NCBI RefSeq assembly: GCF_004010195.1
Contig: NC_057718.1
Location: 21,247,612 to 21,311,611 of the forward strand
Direction: 5' to 3'
Length of the DNA: 64,000 nucleotides
Origin: Chiloscyllium plagiosum
Lineage: Eukaryota
Under the pieces are notes generated by a model. It saw only the letters and a program-made list of their open reading frames with translations. It was not told the origin of the DNA and searched no databases. Positions 26,672-39,858 of the stretch are shown in pieces (position 1 is the stretch's first letter; each line of letters starts with the position of its first letter). The position numbers and the translations under genes are program-made.

Positions 26672-26978
26672 TGGGCGGCACGGTGGCACAGTGGTTAGCA
26701 CTGCTGCCTCACAGCGCCCGAGACCCGGGTTCAATTCCCGCCTCAGGCGACTGACTGTGTGGAGTTTGCACATTCTCCCCGTGTCTGCGTGGGTTTCCTC
26801 CGGGTGCTCCGGTTTCCTCCCACAGTCCAAAGATGTGCAGGTCAGGTGAATTGGCCATGCTAAATTGCCCGTAGTGTTAGGTAAGGGATAAATGTGGGGG
26901 TATGGGTGGGTTGCGCTTCGGCGGGTCGGTGTGGACTTGTTGGGCCGAAGGGCCTGTTTCCACACGGTAAGTAATCTA
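26672..26978 (+). mobile_element. tRNA-derived V-SINE (HE1-like), CpG-rich young copy
   Basis: gggcggcacggtggcacagtggttagcac..gggttcaattcccg..gggccgaagggcctgtttcc. Confidence 0.93.
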
Positions 26979-28664
26979 GGTAATTTGAAAAGCACAAACA
27001 TATTAGAGGGTTCCTATTTGAAAATATAATTTTAGTACAAGCACTTGTGTTAAGACAACCCACAGTTATATAGCACTTCTGACAAAATGGTCACAAGGCA
27101 TTTTCTAGGAATATAGTAATCAAAGCATTACATGGAGTCACATAGGGAGATTCTGCTCAGATAAGCAATATTTTGATAAAGAGATAAATTGTCAGGAACA
27201 CCTTTAGGAGGAAAATGAGGCAGAGAGGTGCAGGGAGAGAATTCCACACCAGGATGCCTAGGCAGCTGAAGGCAATTGATAGGATAAATAGATAATAATA
27301 TACAAATTTAGACTGCGTATATATTGACCTGGTGATGGCCAAATCCTTGTCATTTTACAAGTTAGCGTCAGCTAATGTGCCTGCAGTTTAACTTTAAACA
27401 TTTAAGAACAGAAGTACAGTAGCCAAGCCAAATTAAAGAGGATGAGGAGCAGGGTGGAATACATAATTATATTACATAAAAGAAAATTATATTCTTTTAA
27501 CATAGGAACAAAACAAACAGATGAAGATTTCACATTTTGACCAGGGTTAATTCTGGTAAAATCAGGGCATTGAGAAACAGCCAGAGGAAGTAGGAAACAA
27601 TATACACACATCAGACCATTGCATACATTTTTTAAAAATGCATCACCTTAATTTGTAAAATAGCAGTTTTAATGTTGTTTTCTATCCTAGCAATAATGCT
27701 ACTTTGAGTTCCATCCTGTCCACCATATTCACATATTCCTAACAGGATATTTTTCAGGCAACAACAATTTTAGCAGCTCCCTGAAGTTGATTCATTCAAA
27801 TGGCATGGTTTTTAAGCTGAATTTTTTGTCAACACACCAAACCATTCCTTTGTGGATGACTCAGTCAACAAGATGGATAATCTTGGTTGGCTGCGGGTGG
27901 TGGTGGTGGTGGTGGGGGGGGGAGTGGAGGGAAAGAGTGATGAGAAAAAGAAATGAGGATGTCACTTCAGCTAAGTAGTACATTGTTGATATGCTATAAA
28001 ATGTTTCCAGAAAATTTTGGCTCCTGTCAAAAAAAAGCACGTTTCTGAGCCATAAACTCTCTGGAAATTTTTAGAACAGCTACAAGATACCAACTGGCTA
28101 CAAATGATTTCATCGTTTCAGAATCCATTGCAAGCAGAAGACCCAATGGAATCATTCCCCAACCACTACCTTTCCCCTCCCACTCTCATTCCCTGGCAAT
28201 GATATAATCCACTGCAAAAAGCTATACTTCTTCATAAAGCAGCCAAACAGGTTTCAAAAATATTATTCAATAAATATTGTTCAAAATAATCTCAAAAGTG
28301 GCAATTATATGAAACAAAGCTTCTTACCTGCAACATGCATAATTGAGATACTCGTACAATATTTCATTTGCAGGAAGAACTCTGCAAGATCTGTGCACTG
28401 CACATTTCTCCAAATGAGAGAGACCCAAAATGTGTTGAAAGGAAACTGCATAAATTGGCTTGTGAACGATAAATGAGATTACATTTGGATGGATCTCCTT
28501 TTAATCAGACAATTTCCAATTGGTTTTCATAATTAATTTAGCATTAACTTCCCATTTGTTCTGTACTTTCCTTCAGCCTTCATCCAATCTCCAAAACCTT
28601 ACTCCATTGGCTTGTCTATTCCTTTTCATTCATGTTACCTAAGCCCAACACCTGGTAACATCTT

Positions 28665-28942
28665 CTGGATTAGTGGTGCTGGAAGAACACAGCAGTTCAG
28701 GCAGCATCCGGGAAGCAGTAAAATCGACGTTTCGGGCAAAAGCCCTTCATCAGGAATAAAGGCAGAGAGCCTGAAGGGTGGAGAGATAATCTAGAGGAGG
28801 GTGGGGGTGCGGAGAAAGTAGCATAGAGTACAATAGGTGAGTGGTGGAGGGGATGAAGGTGATTGGTCAGGGAGGAGGGTGGAGTGGATAGGTGGAAAAG
28901 AAGATCGGCAAGTAGGACAAGTCATGGGGAGTGCTGAGCTGG
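28665..28942 (-). mobile_element. PLE family B 3' fragment
   Basis: Near-identical to 23795-23997. TSD aacatctt (28657-64 / 28943-50). Confidence 0.9.
28722..28757 (-). ncRNA. Intact minimal hammerhead ribozyme motif
   Basis: Minus strand reads attc CTGATGA a gggc tttt gccc GAAA cGTC gatt, with a GUC cleavage triplet and an ACGT palindromic stem III. Confidence 0.8.
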
Positions 28943-29114
28943 AACATCTTTTCAAAAAGCTTCCCCAATATCTCTACCCTTAAAATTCTAGTTAAAGATC
29001 ACCTCTGTCAAACATTTTGCTGGTGATTGCAACAGATGCATTTGCCTCAGCCTCTTTTCTACAAAAATCAAGCTGCTGTTATTTAAAACTACTAAATAAT
29101 GGTGTTAATAAACT

Positions 29115-29278
29115 AAAACAAGGTGGATGCTTGTAATCTAAAGCAAAAACAAATCGGTGCAGAAACTCAGGTCTGGCAGAATCTGTTGAGAGAAAACAGA
29201 ATTAAGATCTGATTAACTTTCTATTGGACTCAAAACATTAACTCTGCTTTCACTCCACAGATGCTGACAGGCTTGTTA
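29115..29278. mobile_element. Degenerate inverted mini-insertion of PLE family D
   Basis: tctggcagaatctgttgagagaaaacagaattaa is inverted against ttaactctgctttcactccacagatgctgacag. Confidence 0.55.
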
Positions 29279-31987
29279 AATAATTGAATTGCTTAATTCA
29301 AGCTATTTGCTATTTTAGGGCGCAGATAGATAGTATATCAAACACAAGATAATGCTGCAATAAGAATCAACTTAAAGAGAAAATGAAAAAAAAACTGACC
29401 ATTGACTGAATGCCTTATTTTTAAAAACTGTGTGAAGCAATCATTAACAAATGGAATATCATCTATATTTGAAGTGCTTCCAAAGCTATTTGGATGCGAA
29501 CTGGGATGTTTTCATTTAGTTGGCCATTGAGCACCTTCTGATTTTCAGAGGTGGGTGGGTGGGTGGAGGGAGATGGTGGTTTTTGCTCTTTTGTAGATGT
29601 AAAGATAGGATTCATTCCGTACTCAGTCTTTTATGCTTTGACTGCTAAACGGTGGGAAGGAGGAGTTTTGTAGCTCTCCCCACTTCTTAGGTTTAGAGGG
29701 ACAGAGATAGACAGGTAGAGAAAGAAAAGATGTTGCAGCTGTTACTTCGTAATAGTGCACTTAAAGATAAGTGACAGTTTGTCCCACAGATATAATCATG
29801 ATTGGATCTTTTAAGAAGAAGACGTTCTTGAATGTTTCAGCTGTGTATCTTCTGTTCAGAAAATGCAATATCCTTTTATTGTCCGAGACGGATAACTGCA
29901 GTTGAGGAATATATCAGCCATGACCTAATAGAATAGTGGCAAAGCTTCAAAGGGATCCAAATGGCCTAAGTTTGTTTCTTTGTCGAGTATACCAATGACC
30001 CTGGAGTCAGTGGCAGTGGTAGAGGTCAAATTAGTGCCATCTTTCTTAAATGTTTGAGAAAACAAAAACTGCAGAAATCAACAGGTCCTACACTAGGAAA
30101 ACCTGACCACTAAAAACTCCACACTATCAAATTAAGGAACATGGAATTAAATTGCACGCATTATGCAGGAAACTTCCACAATGTGACATGATTCATAAAG
30201 GACATATAAGAACATCTTGGATCACTGGAAATACAGAGTGGTTCAAAGGAAATACATTGGAGTTGAAAGAAAGTGTGAAGAGATTTTATGATAGGATTTT
30301 ATTAGAGTGGTAGGATTTATTTTTTGCTTGGTTTCAAAGATATTCTTGATCCTTTAATAGCAACGTGGTATGAAAAGACCAGAGATTTCATTATTACAAA
30401 CTCCTCCAGGTTGAACAGATAAAGAGTTAACCTGAATGAGCAAAATGTTCAATGCAGACAATGAATAACAGGCAGAACTTGTGTCAATCTTTCTCATGTT
30501 TCCTCTCAATCTTTGGAAACAACTCCATTATTCCATGACTCATACAATAATGAAGTTTGTCCAATGATAAGTTCCCTTGACAGATTTACAATAGCAACTT
30601 ATTGCACTGGATGATTTCAACTTTTACTTTATTCTTTTGGAAGTGACACTAACTCTCCACTGCTCTAAGTAGAGACCAAAACTGCATTAAAATACAATTT
30701 GTCATTTGGGAACAAAGAAAACACAAACCTATTTTAAATAGGCTATCTCTTAAAATCATTCTGTTGCCCTATAACCCTCCATTTCATACTGTACCTATTT
30801 CTTGATGATCACTGTATCAGTTGATTCCCTCCTGCTTCTACCTGTATCTGTTGTAACCTGTCTTTCCCTTTAACCACAACGGGGTATTTCCAACAATTTG
30901 TTAATAAATCACATTAAGGTGAAGTCATGTCCATGGTTTTATCCTATAAAACTACTAACCAATAATCAAGATGGCAGTTAACAAGGTTCGAGTCAACATT
31001 AACTACTCTCGGTCCTCTCTACTGTTTTTGCCAGCTCCAACCTGACTCCTTTCCTTGCCTTCGTCCTAACACAATTATAACTCTGCTATTGTGTGGTTTT
31101 ATACACTCACTTAAGAGTATGGATTCAAGACAGACTAGCTGAAAAGGAAACTATGTAAAGTTTTAGGATTCCTTAGATCTCTATTTATTGCATAGTAGCA
31201 CTAACTACTAGCAAATATGGTAATCTGAAATATATCAGGTTCTAGTCTTACTGTTATATCATTGAAAGATCATTCTCTACACGTGCTTCTCTCTATCAAC
31301 CTTTCTGACACCTCTCACTAATTCACAATGCGCTATTTACACCTTGTACAGCGCATCTTCATGACTGATTGCGAGAATGTCCCAGGGTCCTTAGCACTTG
31401 CAAAAGACTCCTCACAAGCTTTCCTTCCACAGCAAAAACATTCCTTAACTGTTATGCACACCCTCAAATGAATTAATTGAATGAGTACTAACAACATTTA
31501 CTGTAATCATTTCCTTATAGCTCTCACCCTCCCCAAATCTTGACTTAATTCATCAGTGTCAATGAGTGGATTTGGAAAGTCTGTGACAACATATAGGAAC
31601 AGGTGAAGCAAAGCAGGTGACCTTTTTTTCTGCTGGCTTCCATTAAATCAGAAATTTAATCAATCTGGTGGCTTGACTATTTGCCTTGATTGGATTGTAC
31701 TTGCTGTAGGGTCTTGTGTTGATGTAACTGCAAGAGCACAGGGGCAAGTTAGGCTGTTTTGCCGCATACAGCAACTGGATTGGTTGATGGTGTTACTTCT
31801 TTAAAAAAGTGATGTTGTTCATCCATATATAGTTTTTCCTCATACAAAGAGATTTGTTCTATTGCAATATTAGCCTGTTCTTCAAGGCATTAACATCTAT
31901 GTTGGTTTGAAAATAATTTGGTTTAATACTTAAGGTGTTCTTCAGAATGTAGCACACCTTTTCAAAGTAAGCTTTATTTCCTACAAT

Positions 31988-32084
31988 AAAGCTGAAAAAT
32001 GTGTTGCTGGAAAAGCACAGCAGGTCAGGCAGCATCCAAGGAGCAGGAAAATCGACATTTCAGGCATAAGCCCGTCTTCAGGAA
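31988..32084 (-). mobile_element. PLE family B-related 3' end with HHR
   Basis: Minus strand reads cCTGAAGAc gggc ttat gcct GAAAtgtc. TSD tcctacaat (31979-87 / 32085-93). Confidence 0.8.
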
Positions 32085-32704
32085 TCCTACAATGAATACT
32101 TGTTGGCATAAGGCTGGAGAATTTTGTCTTCAATGATTTGGAGCTTCTGAATCCTGTCAGGGAGTGAGTCCTGATCATATCAGGGCAGGGCCTGGGGGGT
32201 GCTAGCTTTCTGGGGTGGTGTAGTTCAGGGTTTGTTAGTTAAATGTAGGACGCAAGAGTTCAACTAAATATTCAATGTCTCACTTTTCGCGAGTAAACAT
32301 TTTACTTGATAATCAGAAGAAACATCCAAAGTTTCAGTTTTTATGGAGATTTTCAGAGGACTCCAGGCAAAGAGGAATTATCCTGAGGAAAATTCAATTT
32401 CCCAGGTAATCCCTTTAAGTCCACCAGGATGGGGATTTTGAAGGATCCGGATGCACAATGCCCATCTACATTGGCATAATTGCCTAGCCAGTCAAAAATC
32501 TGCCCCTTTGACGAAAGGTTGTTGGGAAGTCAAACATAGAATTAATTGCTAACTATTATCTTGGTGGTCAAAACCAGATCTTGATGTTGAATTGTGGCAG
32601 TTGTAAAGAATGTTGTGATATTGCTAAAACTGTAAGTTGTTAAAATTTCTATAGTTTTAAAAACTGTTTTAAATGTAAAGTTTAGCTGAATGTTTTGACT
32701 TATT

Positions 32705-34310
32705 ACAGAATCACAGATTTATGATGGTTCAGAACGAGGCCATTTGACCCATCGCTTATGCACCAGCTCGCTAAACATTTTAAGTTGGTATCAATCTCCT
32801 ATCTTTCCCTGTAATCCTCCATTCTATTTAAAAAACAATGCTCACTTGAATACCTTAAACCTGCCTCCACCATACGTCTAGGCAGCGCATTACCTTAAAT
32901 ATTTACTGAGAAAATGTTTCTACTTCTCTCTTCTTTACTTCTTTTACAAAATGCTTTAAAACTATCTTCTTCTTGATTCACTTATGAGTAAGAACAGTTC
33001 TTCCCAATCCACTCTGTCCAGCACCCTCAAGATTTTGAAAACTTTTATTACATCTCCTTTTTGACTTTCCTGCCCAAGCAAAACATTCCCAAACTCTCCA
33101 ATATCCTCATAACTGAAGTTTTTCCTCCCCAGAACCATCTTTGTTAATCTTCAATGCACTCTCTCCATTGTACTTACATCATTCCTATAGTGACATCAAG
33201 GACTACACACGATGATTCAGCTAAGGTCTAGCCAGCATCATAAGTTCATCATAACCTCTCCTGGCTCTTGTACACTATGCCCTATTAACAAAACCTAGAA
33301 TACTCTATGCTTTATTAACAGCTCACCCGACCTGCCCTGCGAATCATAACAACTTATGTACATATACACCCAGCTTCAGTTCCTACATAGTCTGTAGGTT
33401 AGAACCTTTTATTTTACACTGATTCATGGCCTTTGCAGCAAAGTGTACCATTTCATTCTTCTCAGCATTGAAACCACTCACTCAATCAACTTGTCTTTGG
33501 AGAAAATCTGCACTGGCCTCCTTGCAGTTTACAAATCTCCCAGGTTTTATGCCATTAGAAAACTTTGAAACAGCCTCCTACGTAGCAAGATGTAATCTAT
33601 CTATGCTGACTCAAAATCAACCCACACTGTTCCACGTGACTTTTAATTTTAGCCCAAACAACTGTTTCTAGAAGCTTTCCCAAATCCAAAGTTAAACATG
33701 CAGGTCTAAATTGCTGGGGTGATCTTTGCAAACTTACAGTCATAGAGTCACAGAGATGCACAGCATGGAAAAAGACCCTTCGGTCCAACCCGCCCATGCC
33801 CAACCCAATCTAGTTCCCCCTGCCAGCATCCAGCCCATATCCCTCCAAAACCATCCTATTCACATACCTTTTAAATGTTGCAATTTCACCAGCCTCCACC
33901 ACTTCCTCTGGCAGCTCATTCATTACACGTACCAAACTTCTTTTGAACAAGGGCACAAGGTTTGCAATTCTCCAGATCTGCAGCAATAGCTCCAAATCTC
34001 TCACTTCCTTCAATGTCCTTGGATGCACTTTATCTGGTATCAGTGCCTTACCAACTTTTAAGAACAGACAGCTTACCCAATTCTACCATATCAATTTTAA
34101 GCCCTCGAATAATCGGATTTTATCCTCTGTCGCCATGGCCTGGGCAACATCTGCAAAGGAGGATATTTTCATTCAACGCCTCAACATGCCTCTTGGCTCC
34201 ATGTGTAAATCCCCTTTCTGGTCCCTAATCAACTCAACTCCTCCTTTTACCACACTTTTGCGACTGATGTGCAAAAAGAACTCTTTGGGATTTCCCTGAG
34301 CTGTTTATTT
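32705..34310 (-). mobile_element. Old CR1 relics with a younger CR1 3' piece at about 33740-33932
   Basis: Minus ORFs HPRTLKEV..WRIANLVPLFK and FRPACLT..GKLLE. The younger piece gives NELPEEVVEAG..TFKR. Confidence 0.65.
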
Positions 34311-34936
34311 CATCATGTCTTTTTGGTTCTTTTTCTGGTTTTTCACCTTCTGAAGGTAAGACCAATTTTACTGTTACAGTATTGAAAGGCCTTCAAGTGC
34401 TTTTATTAATGTCAAATACACACGTGCATACACACCTGCCATCACTCACAGTTACATTTGACCAGTGAGGAGCATGCTTGTGACATCACCACAATGTTAC
34501 TCAAAGGTACAAAAGCCGTCACACAACATTAACCTTTTCCATCAAAATGGAAAGTTAACACCGTCTCCACAGATGCTGCCTGATCTCCTAACTACTTTCC
34601 ATCGTTTTCTCCCCTTAATTTCAGGTTTCCAGTATTTCACTTTGGCAGAAGGACCAAGATAACTTGACACATTGTTTTCATTCTTGGAGAAGTATCACTA
34701 CCTCTCCTTCCTACCCTATTGTCTTGATAATAATGCACTTCAAGACACTGGTTGCTCAGTGGTATTTAACTTATGTTATTACTTTTTGTTGTTCATCAAT
34801 TTTAGATTTCTTGTTGCTTGTCTAAGTGTTTCTAAAGGAGAATACTCCCCTAAAAATGGGAACAAATCAACTCGCTGATCGGAGGAATCAGGCAGAAAAT
34901 AGTTTGTTGGTTTTATAAACAGACTTGAACAATAGT

Positions 34937-36677
34937 TATACCGAGTTTTGAGAAGGTTTGTAGCTCAGGTTGAGGTTCTGGACGTAGGTTTGCTCGCTGA
35001 GCTGGAAGGTTCACTTCCAGGCGTTTTGTCACCCTACTAGGTAACATCTTCAGTGGGCCTCCAGGCAAAGCACTGTTCATGATTCCTGCTTTCTATCTGT
35101 ATGTTTGGGTTTCTTTAGGTTAGTGATGTCATTTCCTGTGGTGATGTCATTTCCTATTCGTTTTCTCAGGAGGTGGTAGATGAGGTCCAACTCTGTGTTT
35201 GTTGATAGAGTTCCGGTTGTAATGCCATGCTTCTAGGAATTCTCGTGCGTGTCTCTGTTTGGCTTGTCCTAGGATGGATGTGTTGTCCCAGCGAAGTGGT
35301 GTCCTTCCTTTTCTGTATGTAAGGACACTAATGTGAGTGGGTCATGTTGTTTTGTGGCTAGTTGGTGTTCATGTATCTTGGTGGCGAGTTTTCTGCCCGT
35401 TTGTCCAATGTAGTGTTTGTTACAGTCCTTGCACGGTATTTTGTAAATGACATTAGTTTTGCTTGTTGTCTGTATAGGGTCTTTCAAGTTCATTAGCTGC
35501 TGTTTCAGTGTGTTGGTGGCAAGATAATGCCAAGACGTCTCAGTAGTCTAGATATCAGGGTTCTTAGCAGAAGCAGTAAGGCAAAGACTCGAACAAACAG
35601 CTCTGCCAACCATTCAACCCAAGCTTTGGGTCCGCTACGTGGATGACATCTTTATCATCACTAAACGAAACAAATTAGAGGAAACCTTCAAGACCATCAA
35701 TAATACGCCTTACTGGCATAAAATTCACTAAAGAGGAGGAAAACAACAACAAACTGCCATTCCTCGATATCACAGTAGAGCAAACAGCCAATGGGTAACT
35801 TCAAACCAGCGTCCACAGGAAAACAACACATACAGACCAAATATTGAACTACAGAAGCAATCTTCCCAACGTCCACAAACGAAGCTGCATCAGAACATTA
35901 TTTCAACGAGCCAACACACACTGCAGCACAGAGGAACTACGCAGAGCAGAGGAAAATCACCTATACCATGTATTAAAACAGAAAGGGTATCCAATGAACA
36001 CAGTCCACCGAGTTCTCAGCAACAAACCCAAACAAGCAGACAGAACACATCCAAAAACCCTTGCCACTCTCCCCTACATCAAAGACATCTCAGAAATGAC
36101 TGCCAGACTACTCAGACCACTTGGTATCGTGGTAGCCCACACTCTCACCAACACACTAAAACAACAGCTAATGAACTTGAAAGACCCTATACAGATAACA
36201 AGCAAAACTAATTACAAAATACCGTGCAAGAAATGTATCAAACGCTACATTGGACAAACAGGCAGAAAACTAACCACCGGGATACATGAACACCAACTAG
36301 CCACAAAATGACATGGCCCTCTCTCACTAGTATCCTCACATACAGATGAGGAAGGACACCACTTCGCTGGGACAACACATCCATCCTAGGACAAGCCAAA
36401 CAGAGACACGCACGAGAATTCCTAGAAGCATGGCATTCCAACCGGAACTCGATCAACAAACACATCGAGTTAGACCTCATCTACCACCCCCTGTGAAAAA
36501 GAATAGGAAGTGACTTCACCACAGGAAATAACATCACCAACCCAAAAAAACCCAACCATATAAAGAGAAAGCAGGAATCATGAACAGTGCTTTGCCAAAG
36601 GCCCATTGAAGATGTTACCAGTAGGGTGACAAAACGTCTGGAAATAAACCTTGCAGCTCAGCAAGCAAACCTACATC
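34937..36677. mobile_element. PLE family A head-to-head inverted insertion (left arm minus, 34937 to about 35551; right arm plus, about 35552 to 36677)
   Basis: Right arm encodes RT WVRYVDDIFII and GIY-YIG YKIPCKKCIKRYIGQTGR. Left arm encodes YKIPCKDCNKHYIGQTGR. 17-bp TSD cagacttgaacaatagt (34920-36 / 36678-94). Confidence 0.93.
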
Positions 36678-38099
36678 CAGACTTGAACAATAGTCTTTTT
36701 TGGTATAGTGTGTTCTGAGTATAGAAATGGTATACAAGGCTAAGATACTGCTGTTTTCGTATTCCAAATCAAAATAGTTTTTGTTCAGTATAGTAAGTCA
36801 TCAAAAGCTAGGCATAATGTATTAATGCACAGAATGATATAGCATGATAAAGAGGCCTTCCAGTTCAATGGCTTTTGCTGGTTGCGACTTTCACTTACAG
36901 TTTCCTCATGACAGTGTGCTTATTCGCATCACCAAGTAAGAGAGATAATATGTTTCTGATAATACTTAGGCAGAAATTAAATTGCACTCTATGAGTAACT
37001 ACATTTCAGTAAAAGTGTCAATACAATACACATGACACACACCCACATAGGAATCTGATGGAACAGCTTTTCTCTTTCGCCTACAAGTAAATTTATGAAC
37101 TTCCTTCATGCTGGATACATCAAACTCATATCACCAAAAAGTCATATTTGACAACATACGTAGATAAACAAGCCAGGCAAATGTAAAAGCTGAAAAGACG
37201 CAGGCAGATTATAAATACTCCTTTATGTTTAGTTAGTCACAGATTTCAGTAGTGTTAGAAAGTAATTTTTAAGTCCTTCAGTGCTTTATATTAATTATTA
37301 AATATTCATTTTCCAATATTCTTTACATTGTTAAACTAATAAAATGCTTAATGAATCTGCAGAGGTATATGAAGTGGGGGTTTTCTTGGATCGGATCTTA
37401 CCACAGTGACTAATTGCCAGGAAAACAAGGCAATGTTTAGGAACTGAATCGGTGAAAATAGGGAGTGGTGGAATGTGGGAGCTGCCTGTGTGCACTGTCA
37501 AACATGAAGTGAACACAAAACACATACTTAAAAATTGAAAAATACAGAAGAGAGTATCCATGTAATAACCTGGGACTCAAGATAAAGGATTCAAAAACAG
37601 AAGGTGGTTTCCAGAAAATCGGGGACAGCTGATCACTCTGTATCCTAGACTTAATATATCCATATGGCTGTGTGAGACTCCAAATTATGTGATGTCACAT
37701 CACCATGACATAGTTTGTATTAACCCATCATCAATGCAATATAACACAATGCATTACAATAAATTATTTAAAATGCAGCAGTAGGCTTTATTGTAACCTG
37801 TTTCCTGAATTGCTTCAAGTTCTCAGTTGCAGGATTGGCACGAGGGTAAAGTGTAAATTCTTCTTTCAATCATCATTCATTGCACCAAAGCTGAAGCGTC
37901 AAGTAATTTTCATTTTGAAATTTAAAAAAAACAAGGTCAGTCACTAACACAGCATTGATAAACTATAGCACCCAATGTATCGTGCCAAACAATCGCAGAA
38001 TGCAGGGTAAAACCTGCAAACTTTCTAAACTGAGGCAAGTTAAAAGGAAGTACTTCCACACAGACAAAGAAGGGGAACAATCTCTGGATCATCTGCCTT

Positions 38100-38440
38100 C
38101 TAACAGGACTAGATAGAGTAAATACAAGAAGGATGTTTCCAATGACTGGGGAGTCCAGAACCAGGGGTCACAGTTTAAGGATTCAGGTTAGGCCATTTTG
38201 GACTGAGATGAGGAGAATTTTCTTCATACAGAGAATGGTGAGCCCATGCAATTCTCTGTCAGAGAACGCAGTCAAGGCCAAAACATTGAGTGTTTTCAAG
38301 GAGAAATTAGATATAGCTCTTTGGACTAAAGGGAAGAAAGTGGGAACAGGTTAATGAGGTGAATGATCAGCCATGATATTGATTGGCAGAGCAAGCTGTA
38401 AGGCCTAAATAGTCTATTCATACTCCTATTTTTGACATTT
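38100..38440 (+). mobile_element. CR1 3' fragment
   Basis: ORF MFPMTGESRTRGHSLRI..EMRRIFFIQR. Confidence 0.8.
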
Positions 38441-38921
38441 CTGTGCCCCAAAACTACTGTACTGTTAAATAGCTCCTTGTGGCTGACGAAAACAGGATAT
38501 TCAGAGAACTTCCTCTAGGTTACACTGATTTATCTGCTAAAAAAAGATGAAATTGTGTAAAAAGGTCAATGAGATTCAAGTATACGTTACATCCAACAGA
38601 AAGCAAGTTCCTGAAATCTTCACAGTGATTTTAAAACATTGGGATGGAAGTTGGCCCTGTCCATAAAACAGCCTAAGGTCCAGATTGGTTTGAGAAACAC
38701 ATCAAGTTTCAATATCCTGTGTTGAGGCAATTTTGAGAAGGCTCTTCAAATTAAGCAAGGGCACCAACAGTCATCTTTTAAAATGTTTAAGTATCGATAC
38801 ATTAACTTACTAAGAAACTGCACGATATACATTAATGCAACCACTAAATTGCTCTGTATAATTTTTTAAAAATTTATTACCACTGGATTAAAATCAGGTT
38901 ACTCAAGTAAAATACAAACAG

Positions 38922-39218
38922 AGATTAGTTTAGATTCCCTACAGTGTGGAAACGGGCCCTTCGGCCCAACAAGTCAACGCCAACCCTCCAAAGATGGACC
39001 CACCCAGACCCATTTCCCTCTGACTAATGCACATAATGGGCAATTTAGCATGGCCTGACCTGCACATCTTTGGACTGTGGGAGGAACCCGGAGGAAACCC
39101 GCAGAGACATTGGGAGAACGTGCAAACTCCACACAGACAGTCGCCCGAGGCTGGAATTGAACCTGGGACCCTGGTGCTGTGAGGCAGCAGTGCTAACCAC
39201 TGCACCACCGTGCCGCCC
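38922..39218 (-). mobile_element. V-SINE (HE1-like)
   Basis: Reverse-complement homologue of 26672-26978. Confidence 0.9.
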
Positions 39219-39778
39219 TAAGTTAATATTTGCTTTCTTCAGAACGATACCCGAAACATTAATTAATTTTCTTTCAACAGATGCTGCCAAACCAGCTAAG
39301 TTTTTCTGTTTGCATTTCTGATTTCCAGCATCCAGTCTTTTTTTTTGAAACTCAGGTAATGACCAGTTATACTATTTTTGTGAAAGCCCATTTCAGTTCT
39401 AATACAACTCTTTCTGGAACATGCAAAAGATAAGTAAATTCTAAAATGCTACCCAACAGCACCGGTTAATACCAGATTTGTGATCACGCAAATGAGCTAG
39501 AGATGAAACATGAACTTCACTTCAGAAAACCAATGCATTTTCAAGCACAATTTAGACCAGCATTGAAGATAGTTTTTTTGGATAGAAATTTGTTGCCTCT
39601 CAAATCATCTCCAGGAAGAACAGACACACAAAGGGAAAAAAACCCATCATATTTGGAGAAGAACGCACTGACTTTACTGGACTTCCCATTCTGAGATATA
39701 TGAAATGAGTTAAATCAGTATGTGGATTAGTGGTGCTGGAAGAGCACAGCAGTTCAGGCAGCATCCAAGGAGCAGCGA

Positions 39779-39814
39779 AATCGACGTTTCGGGCAAAAGC
39801 CCTTCATCAGGAAT
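39779..39814 (-). ncRNA. Intact minimal hammerhead ribozyme motif
   Basis: Minus strand reads attc CTGATGA a gggc tttt gccc GAAA cGTC gatt. Confidence 0.8.
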
Positions 39815-39858
39815 AAAGGCAGAGAGCCTGAAGAGTGGAGAGATAAGCTAGAGGAAGG

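Noticed and set aside
26672..26745. tRNA-like sequence with A and B boxes (also near 20994, 39218, 45020 and 62683)
   Set aside because: These are heads of V-SINEs that continue into SINE body and tail, so they are not tRNA genes.
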